A DNA stretch of 64,000 nucleotides, taken from an uncultured Bifidobacteriaceae bacterium (GTDB lineage: Bacteria > Acidobacteriota > Vicinamibacteria > Vicinamibacterales > UBA2999). Location of the stretch: NCBI GenBank assembly GCA_964535675.1, contig CAZHTD010000007.1, positions 5,701 to 69,700 on the forward strand. Reading direction: 5' to 3'. Of the stretch, positions 18,082 through 25,499 are shown piece by piece (within the stretch, counting starts at the first letter, position 1; each line of letters opens with the position of its first letter). Made by a program: the position numbers and the translations under genes. The notes under the pieces were generated by a model. That model was not told where the DNA came from and ran no database searches. It saw only the letters and a list, made by a program, of their open reading frames with translations.

Positions 18082-19173
18082 GTGCCCGCGCCCTCGCGAC
18101 GCCGGATCGGTCAGCTCTTGATCGGCAGTCTTCCGGGCGTCGTGATTCCACCAGAGCTACGCGCGCTGGCGCGCGAGTTCGAGCTCGGCGGGGTGATCCT
18201 CTTTGCCCGGAACGTCGAGTCACCCGAGCAGGTACGCGACCTCTCGGCCGAGCTGCAGGGCCTGGTGCCTCTCGCCGCCCCGCCACTGTGGATCAGCGTC
18301 GATCAGGAGGGCGGCCGCGTGGCGCGGCTCCGCGCGCCGTTCACCGAGTGGCCGCCGATGGCCACGCTGGGTCGTAGCGGTGATGTGGCGCTCGCCGCGC
18401 GGTTCGGCGCCGCGCTTGGCCGTGAGCTGCGGGCCGTGGGCGTGACGTTGGACTACGCCCCCGTCCTCGACGTCCACACCAACCCGGCGAATCCAGTCAT
18501 CGGCGACCGCGCACTGTCGGAGGACCCGGTCACGGTAGCCCGCCTCGGCGGCGTGTTGATCGAGGCATTGCAGACGGCGGGTGTCGCGGCCTGTGGCAAA
18601 CACTTTCCGGGCCACGGCGACACCTCACTCGACTCGCACGTCGACCTCCCGGTCGTCGAACACGACCTCACCCGGCTGCGGCACGTCGAGTTCGAGCCGT
18701 TTCGGGAGGCCGTACGCCGACGCGTCGCGTTCATCATGACTGCCCACGTGTTGCTGCCGGCGCTCGACGAGGAGCGGCCGGCGACGCTCTCACCAGCAAT
18801 CGTCGACGGGCTGCTCCGTCGGGAGATTGGCTTCGAGGGCGCGATTCTCAGTGACGACCTTGAGATGCGGGCGATCGCTGATCGCTACTCGGTACCCGAG
18901 GCGGGCGTGAAGGCGCTAGCGGCCGGCTGTGATGGCCTGCTCGTGACGAACGGCAATGTCGATCTGCAGGCGGCTACGCTTGAGGGCCTCGTCCACTGGG
19001 TCGAGGACGGATGGATCGCGCGGCAACGCCTCCACGATGCCCATGCGCGCATGGAGGCCCAGAAGGTGCGCTTCCTGACCGGGGGTGCCCGCCCGCCTCG
19101 CGAGGCGCTCGATGGGCTGGTCGGGTGCGACGAGCACCGGGCCGTGGCCGAGGAGATGGCACGGTTCGCATGA
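18082..19173 (+). CDS. nagZ: beta-N-acetylhexosaminidase NagZ (GH3)
   Basis: ORF track: GGVILFARNV...WISVDQEGGRVARL...TLDYAPVLDV...IGDRALS...CGKHFPGHGDTSLDSH. Confidence 0.9.
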   Translation: MPAPSRRRIGQLLIGSLPGVVIPPELRALAREFELGGVILFARNVESPEQVRDLSAELQGLVPLAAPPLWISVDQEGGRVARLRAPFTEWPPMATLGRSGDVALAARFGAALGRELRAVGVTLDYAPVLDVHTNPANPVIGDRALSEDPVTVARLGGVLIEALQTAGVAACGKHFPGHGDTSLDSHVDLPVVEHDLTRLRHVEFEPFREAVRRRVAFIMTAHVLLPALDEERPATLSPAIVDGLLRREIGFEGAILSDDLEMRAIADRYSVPEAGVKALAAGCDGLLVTNGNVDLQAATLEGLVHWVEDGWIARQRLHDAHARMEAQKVRFLTGGARPPREALDGLVGCDEHRAVAEEMARFA

Positions 19174-20102
19174 CGGCGGCCCCGATGGTGCGCGGACCGC
19201 GGCTGACCCGCGGCGACCGGGTGGCGCTGGTCGCGCCTTCCAGCCCGTTCGAGGGAGATGTGGTCGACGCCGGGCGGGCGGAGTTGGCGCGGCTCGGCTA
19301 TGAGCCGGTCCACGACGAGAGCATCTTCGCCAGGCGGGGCTTCGTGGCCGGGACGTCCGGCGAGCGAGCCGAGACCTTTACCCGCATCTGGCTCGACCCT
19401 GACGTGAAGGCGCTGCTCGCTGTGCGAGGCGGGTACGGGAGCGCGCAGATGCTGCCGCTCCTCGACGCCGCGATCCTGCGACGCGTGCCGAAGTTGTTTA
19501 TCGGCTACAGCGACACGACTTCCCTGGCGGCATGGCTTAGCTGCCACGCGGGGATTACCGCCGTGCACGGTCCGATGCTGGAGGGTCGTCTGGCCAAGGG
19601 GCCGATGGCTTACGATGAGCGGTCGTTCGTGCGCCTGCTGTCCGGGGAGGCCGGCTTCACACTGGCGCCGCCAGGGCTGGAGGTGGTGCGGGGCGGGACA
19701 GCAGAGGGCCCGCTCTACGGAGGGACGCTAACCCAGCTGGCTGCCTCGCTCGGCACGCCCTACGCCTTCGAGCCACCGGACGGCTGCGTGCTCTTTCTTG
19801 AGGATGCTAACGAACGTCCGTATCGCCTCGATCGTCTGCTGACGCAGCTCAGCCAAGCGGGCACACTGGGCCGGGCGCGGGCCATCGTATTCGGCGAGAT
19901 GCGGGGCTGCGATGAGCCGGGGGGTGGGCCGACCGCGCGCGAGGTGATCGCTGACTTCGCGGCGACGGTCGACGGGCCCGTCCTCGTCAGGTTCCCCTCT
20001 GGCCACACGACTGGCCCGTGCTGGAGCCTGCCCCTCGGCACATGCGTACGCGTGACGACGGCGCCGGCGGGCGTGGTCGTGGAGAAGCCCGTCGTTGTCT
20101 GA
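19170..20102 (+). CDS. ldcA: LD-carboxypeptidase (muramoyltetrapeptide carboxypeptidase)
   Basis: C-terminal part of ORF 19011..20102 from ATG 19170 (ATGA overlap): GDRVALVAPSSPF...GFVAGTSGERAE...ALLAVRGGYGSAQMLPLLD...IGYSDTTSL...FPSGHT. Confidence 0.85.
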   Translation: MTAAPMVRGPRLTRGDRVALVAPSSPFEGDVVDAGRAELARLGYEPVHDESIFARRGFVAGTSGERAETFTRIWLDPDVKALLAVRGGYGSAQMLPLLDAAILRRVPKLFIGYSDTTSLAAWLSCHAGITAVHGPMLEGRLAKGPMAYDERSFVRLLSGEAGFTLAPPGLEVVRGGTAEGPLYGGTLTQLAASLGTPYAFEPPDGCVLFLEDANERPYRLDRLLTQLSQAGTLGRARAIVFGEMRGCDEPGGGPTAREVIADFAATVDGPVLVRFPSGHTTGPCWSLPLGTCVRVTTAPAGVVVEKPVVV

Positions 20103-21507
20103 GCCACGGCGCATCTACCTGATCGGCATCTGCGGCACGGCGATGGCCACGCTGGCGGCGCTGCTGAAGCGCCGGGGGTTCGACGTTCGGGGATCGGATC
20201 AGCAGGTCTACCCACCCATGAGTGACTTCCTGGCGGCTGAGGGGATCGCCGTCCATGCGGGCTACGCCGCCGTCCATGTGCCGGACGACGCCGACGTGAT
20301 CGTGGTCGGGAACACCATTTCACGCGGGAATCCCGAGCTTGAGGCGGTGTTGGCCCGGCGGTTGCGTTTTACCTCTCTTCCCGAGATCGTGCGCGACCAC
20401 TTCCTGTGGGGGGCCAGGCCAATCGTTGTAGCCGGCACACACGGCAAGACCACGACGACCTCGCTGCTCGGTTGGCTGCTGACCAGCGGCGGTATCGACC
20501 CGACGGTCTTCGTGGGCGGGATTGTGCTGAACTTTGGGGAGCAGGGGGCAAGCTATCGTCTCGGGGAAGGCAGGACCGTCGTGATCGAGGGTGACGAATA
20601 CGACAGCGCCTTCTACGACAAGAGCCCCAAGTTCTTGAAATACGTGCCGGAAGTTGCCATCGTCGGCAACATCGAGTTCGACCATGCCGACATCTACGGC
20701 GAACTTGATGAAATTCTGCTGCAGTTCCGGCGCCTGACGCGACTCGTTCCGCGAAACGGCCTCCTGCTCGTCGGCAGGGACAGTCCGACGGCGGCGGCCC
20801 TTGCCGACGAGGCCCTCAGCCCGGTGGAGACCTTCGGGCTCGATCCAGCGAGCACTTGGCGTGCCGACAGAATCGAGCACGCCGACGGCGCAGCGTACTT
20901 TGATGTCTTTAGGGATGGCTGGCCCTTTGGGCGCTTTCGTTTGCCGCTGCTGGGCGCACACAACGTGTGCAACGCGCTGGCGGCGATTGCCGCGGGTGCC
21001 CATGCTGGGCTCGACCGCGACGCGCTGGCCGAGGGGTTGGCCACGTTCCGCGGCGTCCGCCGTCGCCTAGAGCGCCGGGGCGAGGTGCGAGGCGTCGTGG
21101 TGATCGACGACTTCGCTCACCACCCGACGGCGGTTCGCGAGACGCTGGCGGCCCTGCGATCGGGGTATCCCGGGCGGCGCATCTGGGCGGTCTTTGAGCC
21201 TCGGTCAAACACGTCGTGCCGCCACGTTTTCCAGGACCAGTTCGCCGACGCGTTCGCGGGGGCCGACGAGGTGATCGTTGCAGCGGTCTTCCGCGCGTCG
21301 CTGCCGGAGGCCGAGCGCCTGTCGCCCGAAGGGCTCGTCGAGGCCATCGGCGCGCACGGCCAGTCGGCACGGTATGTGCCGACGGTCGACGAGATCGTCA
21401 AGACCGTTGACAACGAGGCGCGTCCCGGCGACGTGGTGGCGGTGATGTCCAACGGGGGCTTCGGTGGCATCCACGGCAAGCTGCTGCAGGCGCTCGCGGG
21501 TGAGTAG
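20095..21507 (+). CDS. mpl: UDP-N-acetylmuramate:L-alanyl-gamma-D-glutamyl-meso-diaminopimelate ligase
   Basis: ORF track (TTG start): IYLIGICGTAMATLAALLKRRGFDVRGSDQQVYPPMSDFL...VAGTHGKTTTTSLL...EGDEYDSAFYDK...DDFAHHPTA. Confidence 0.9.
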   Translation: MSEPRRIYLIGICGTAMATLAALLKRRGFDVRGSDQQVYPPMSDFLAAEGIAVHAGYAAVHVPDDADVIVVGNTISRGNPELEAVLARRLRFTSLPEIVRDHFLWGARPIVVAGTHGKTTTTSLLGWLLTSGGIDPTVFVGGIVLNFGEQGASYRLGEGRTVVIEGDEYDSAFYDKSPKFLKYVPEVAIVGNIEFDHADIYGELDEILLQFRRLTRLVPRNGLLLVGRDSPTAAALADEALSPVETFGLDPASTWRADRIEHADGAAYFDVFRDGWPFGRFRLPLLGAHNVCNALAAIAAGAHAGLDRDALAEGLATFRGVRRRLERRGEVRGVVVIDDFAHHPTAVRETLAALRSGYPGRRIWAVFEPRSNTSCRHVFQDQFADAFAGADEVIVAAVFRASLPEAERLSPEGLVEAIGAHGQSARYVPTVDEIVKTVDNEARPGDVVAVMSNGGFGGIHGKLLQALAGE

Positions 21508-21523
21508 GTCCCCCACGACTCCG

Positions 21524-23116
21524 GTGGTGCGGGAGGTCGGCGACTCGGCGCTGCTGCTTGAGTTCGACGCGCGGATCGATCCGGCCGTCAACGACCGGGC
21601 CGTCGCGGCCGCTGCAACCGTACGCGCGTACGGGCTGGCCGGGGTGCGCGACGTCGTGGCCGCGTTCCGTTCGGTTGCCGTCTTTTTCGACCCGACACGC
21701 GCCGACGCCAGCCAGGTGGCCTCCGCGCTGCGGGAGGCCGTCGCCGGACCAGCGCCCGCCGTGCGGGGCCAGGTGGTCCAGATTCCTGTGGTCTACGGCG
21801 GCGAGGCAGGCCCCGACCTCGACGAAGTAGCCGAGTGGGCCGGCCTGTCGTCTGCCGGGGTCATCGCCCGCCATGCCGCCCAGGAATACCGCGTCTACAC
21901 TATGGGGTTCCTGCCAGGATTCGCCTATCTGGGCACGGTGGATTCGGCGGTGGCCGCGCCGCGTCGCGCACGACCACGCGTACACGTGCCGCGCGGGTCA
22001 GTGGGCATTGCCGGGTCCCAGACGGGCGTGTATCCGATGACGTCACCCGGGGGATGGCAGCTCGTCGGGCGCAGCCACGTCCGGATGTTCGACATCGCGC
22101 GCGAGCCAATCTCCCTGCTTGCCGTTGGCGACCGCGTGCGGTTCCGTCCCGAGCCCGGCCCCTGGCGCGATGCCGGGGCAGAGACGAGCAGGGCCGCAGC
22201 GCGACTGATAGCGGCGCGCCAGGTAACGGTGGTGACGCCGGGCCTGTTCACCACCGTGCAGGACCTGGGGCGCTGGGGATACCAAGACCGGGGCGTGCCG
22301 GTGGCGGGGGCAATGGACGTTGACGCCTGTCGCCGGGCGAACCGGGCGGTGGGGAACGCCCCCGGTGCCGCAGTCCTCGAGGTTACACTGATCGGGCCCG
22401 AGCTCCACTTCGAGTCTGGCGCGCGTGTGGCGGTGGCGGGTGCCGATCTGTCTCCCGCGCTTGACGGGCGAGCCCTGCCGCGGGATCGGGCGACGACGGC
22501 TTCGCCAAGCAGCGTGCTGCGATTTGGCGAGCGGCGGGGAGGTGCCCGGGCATACGTGGCCTTTGATGGCGGGGTGAACGTACCCCTGGTGCTGGGGAGC
22601 CGCGCGACGCACGCGCGCAGCGCCCTCGGGGGGCTCGACGGCCGGCCACTACAATCGGGTGACCGCCTCGGGCTCGGACGTGTGTCCGGAGAGCCCGTCG
22701 CGATGCCGGAGCGGTGGTTGCCCGACGGGGGCGCGCGGGTCCGTGTCCTGCCCGGCCCGCAGCTCGAGGCCTTCGGGGCAGGTGCGCTTGATGCCCTCAC
22801 CGGGACGCGGTTCGTGATCTCCCCTCAGTCCGATCGGATGGGATATCGCCTCGATGGCCCAGTGCTTCCCGGGGCGCCGGCGGCTGGGACGATGATCTCC
22901 GACGTGACGTTTCCCGGGGCAATCCAGGTGCCGCCGTCGGGCGAGCCGATTCTCCTGCTTGCCGACCGTCCGACCACGGGCGGGTACCCGCAGATCGGCG
23001 TGGTGGCCACCGCCGATCTCGACACCGTGGGCCAGCTCGCGCCCGGCGACTGGATCGAGTTCGCGCCATGCACACGGGTTGAGGCGGTTGCTGCACTGGA
23101 GGGCGAGGGTGGCTGA
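21524..23116 (+). CDS. fused KipI/PxpB-like and KipA/PxpC-like protein (allophanate-hydrolase subunit 1 plus subunit 2 domains)
   Basis: Single ORF 21464..23116. The N-terminal half (VREVGDSALLLEFDARIDPAVNDR...GFLPGFAYLG...GSVGIAGSQTGVYP) is PxpB-type. The C-terminal half (VVTPGLFTTVQDLGRWGYQDRGVPVAGAMD...SPQSDRMGYRL...TGGYPQIGVV) is PxpC-type. Start placed at GTG 21524. Confidence 0.8.
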   Translation: MVREVGDSALLLEFDARIDPAVNDRAVAAAATVRAYGLAGVRDVVAAFRSVAVFFDPTRADASQVASALREAVAGPAPAVRGQVVQIPVVYGGEAGPDLDEVAEWAGLSSAGVIARHAAQEYRVYTMGFLPGFAYLGTVDSAVAAPRRARPRVHVPRGSVGIAGSQTGVYPMTSPGGWQLVGRSHVRMFDIAREPISLLAVGDRVRFRPEPGPWRDAGAETSRAAARLIAARQVTVVTPGLFTTVQDLGRWGYQDRGVPVAGAMDVDACRRANRAVGNAPGAAVLEVTLIGPELHFESGARVAVAGADLSPALDGRALPRDRATTASPSSVLRFGERRGGARAYVAFDGGVNVPLVLGSRATHARSALGGLDGRPLQSGDRLGLGRVSGEPVAMPERWLPDGGARVRVLPGPQLEAFGAGALDALTGTRFVISPQSDRMGYRLDGPVLPGAPAAGTMISDVTFPGAIQVPPSGEPILLLADRPTTGGYPQIGVVATADLDTVGQLAPGDWIEFAPCTRVEAVAALEGEGG

Positions 23117-24200
23117 AAGCGTCTGCCGCCCGGAGGCCGGTGTACCCCTAGCGGAGTCGACCACGCTCGGCGTCGGCGGGCCGGCCCGCTGGTTCGTCCG
23201 GGCGTCCGGGGTCGCGGAGGTGGCCGCCGCGCACCGCTGGAACCAGGCCCATGATTTCCCACTAACCGTCCTTGGCGGTGGCAGCAATGTGGTCGTGGCC
23301 GACCGAGGTATCGATGGGTTGGTGCTGCACATGACTGGTGACGGTGTGGATCTGGAGCCGGACGGGTCGGCCACCCTGGTGCACGCGGCGGCGGGTGCAG
23401 AGTGGTCGGCCGTCGTGGACGCGGCCGTGGGGCAAGGGCTCGCGGGCATCGAGTGTCTGGCCGGGATTCCCGGCAGTGTTGGCGGTACCCCGATCCAAAA
23501 TGTCGGGGCGTACGGGCAGGAGGTCGCGTCGGTCATCGCACGGGTCGAGGTCTTTGACCGCGTGGTGAGCGCGTCGGTGAGGCTCGGGCCAGACGAGTGT
23601 GGCTTCGGCTATCGGACCAGCCGGTTCCGCGACGTCGAAGCCGGGCGGTTTGTGGTGTGCGGAGTGAGCTATCGGCTGCGGGCGGGTGCGCCGACCGTGG
23701 CCTATCCGGATCTGGCCAGGTACCTGGACGAGTCCGGCGTTCCGGAACCGAATCTCGCGGACGTGCGGCGGGCCGTGCTTGCGATCCGGCAGCGGAAGGG
23801 GATGGTACTCGACCGCGCGTACCCCGAGATGCGCAGCGTGGGATCGTTCTTTGCGAACCCGATGGTGTCCGAGGGCGACTACGCGCGGCTGCGCGACACG
23901 CTCGGGGATGTCCCGGGCACGAGCCAGCCTGAAGGCCGTGTGCGGGTGCCGGCGGCATGGCTCATCGAGCGTAGCGGGTTCGAGCGTGGGCACCGGACGG
24001 GCACGGTCGGCGTTTCCGCCATGCACCCGCTGGCGATTGTCGCGGGCGAGGGCGCGACCGCTCGTGACGTGGTGCGCTTGGCGGTGTCGATCAAGCGCCG
24101 GATCGCCGAACGCTTCGGGGTGTGGCTGCGCGCTGAGCCCGTGTTCCTGGGTTTCGGCGCTGACGCGGATGTCGAGTACCTGCGGCGCGTGGGGCCGTAG
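23109..24200 (+). CDS. murB: UDP-N-acetylenolpyruvoylglucosamine reductase
   Basis: C-terminal part of ORF 22959..24200 from GTG 23109: TTLGVGGPARWFV...LTVLGGGSNVVVAD...LAGIPGSVGGTPIQNVGAYG...SVGSFFANP. Confidence 0.9.
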   Translation: MAESVCRPEAGVPLAESTTLGVGGPARWFVRASGVAEVAAAHRWNQAHDFPLTVLGGGSNVVVADRGIDGLVLHMTGDGVDLEPDGSATLVHAAAGAEWSAVVDAAVGQGLAGIECLAGIPGSVGGTPIQNVGAYGQEVASVIARVEVFDRVVSASVRLGPDECGFGYRTSRFRDVEAGRFVVCGVSYRLRAGAPTVAYPDLARYLDESGVPEPNLADVRRAVLAIRQRKGMVLDRAYPEMRSVGSFFANPMVSEGDYARLRDTLGDVPGTSQPEGRVRVPAAWLIERSGFERGHRTGTVGVSAMHPLAIVAGEGATARDVVRLAVSIKRRIAERFGVWLRAEPVFLGFGADADVEYLRRVGP

Positions 24201-24230
24201 CGGCAGTGGGCCAGCGGGACGGGTGGGGAG

Positions 24231-25484
24231 ATGTCGGCACTGGTGATTGAAGGTGGCCATCGGCTCGAGGGGCGGGTGGCCGTCGAAGGTAACAAGAACG
24301 CGGCGCTGCCGCTGCTGGCTGCGTGTCTGCTCACAGACCAGGAATGTGTTCTCCACAACGTCCCGCGAATCGGCGACGTCGACGTGATGGCCCGGCTGCT
24401 CGCCGATCTTGGCGTGGAGGTGGAGGGGGTTGGTACGACCACGCTACGCGTTCGTGCGGGGGCGCTACGAACCCACGACCCCGATCACGCACTAGTCAGC
24501 CGGCTGCGCGGGTCGGTGCTGTTGCTGGGGCCACTGCTGGCGCGCCTCGGGCGAGCGCACATCGTGTCACCCGGCGGTGACTTCCCAGCGCGGCGGTCGA
24601 TCGCGACGCACTTGGCCGCGCTGAGCGCGATGGGGGTGCGGCGGCGCGAGGGTCCCGGTTACGACCTCGAGGCACCCAACGGGCTGATGCCCGCCTCGAT
24701 GTACCTCTACGAGGCGTCGGTCACCGGTACGGGGACGGCGCTGCTGGCGGCGGCCACTACCCCCGGGCGCACCGAGATCCGCCACGCTGCCACCGAGCCC
24801 CACGTGGTGGAACTGTGCGAGTTCCTGGCATCGATGGGTGCCTCGATTGCTGGCACGGGCAGCTCACAGCTGGTGGTCGAGGGGGGGCGCTTGGGCGGTG
24901 CGACCCACGAGCTCAACGGCGACTACATCGAGGCTGGGAGCTGGGCCGTGGTCGGCGCTCTCACAGGCAGCGAGCTGGCTGTCGAGGGTGCACGTGAGGA
25001 GGATGTCGAAGTGGTGGTCTCGGTGCTGCAGCGGATGCGTGTGCGCTGCAGCATGCGTGACGGAGTGCTGGAAGTGCACCCGTCCACGCCGACAGCGGTG
25101 CGACGGCTCACCACGGGGCTCTGGCCCGGGTTCCCTAGCGATCTGGTCAGCCTCTTCACGGTGTTAGCCACCCAGGCGGAGGGCCGGACCCTGATCCACG
25201 ACTGGATGTACGAGCTGCGTCTCTTCGCGCTTGAGCAGCTGAGTGGGATGGGCGCCGACATGTTTCTCGCAGACGCACACCGGATCATCGTGACGGGCCC
25301 GACGCAGTTGCGCGGGGGCCGTACCCTCGACAGCCGGGACCTGCGCTCGGGGATGTCGCTGATCGCCGCCGGGCTGGCGGCCGATGGAGAAACCCGCGTG
25401 CTGCCTGTCGAGACTGTCGAGCGTGGCTACAGTCGGCTCGTGGAGCGGCTCCGGCAACTCGGTGCTAGGGTGGAAAAGCGCTAG
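24231..25484 (+). CDS. murA: UDP-N-acetylglucosamine 1-carboxyvinyltransferase (Asp at the catalytic Cys position)
   Basis: ORF track: VAVEGNKNAALPLLAACLL...VSPGGDFPARRSIATHL (E. coli PGGC115TIGARPVDLH)...GFPSDLVS...DLRSGMSLIAAGLAA...ERGYSRLVERL. Confidence 0.85.
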   Translation: MSALVIEGGHRLEGRVAVEGNKNAALPLLAACLLTDQECVLHNVPRIGDVDVMARLLADLGVEVEGVGTTTLRVRAGALRTHDPDHALVSRLRGSVLLLGPLLARLGRAHIVSPGGDFPARRSIATHLAALSAMGVRRREGPGYDLEAPNGLMPASMYLYEASVTGTGTALLAAATTPGRTEIRHAATEPHVVELCEFLASMGASIAGTGSSQLVVEGGRLGGATHELNGDYIEAGSWAVVGALTGSELAVEGAREEDVEVVVSVLQRMRVRCSMRDGVLEVHPSTPTAVRRLTTGLWPGFPSDLVSLFTVLATQAEGRTLIHDWMYELRLFALEQLSGMGADMFLADAHRIIVTGPTQLRGGRTLDSRDLRSGMSLIAAGLAADGETRVLPVETVERGYSRLVERLRQLGARVEKR

Positions 25485-25499
25485 CGCGCGAGGGGCGAC

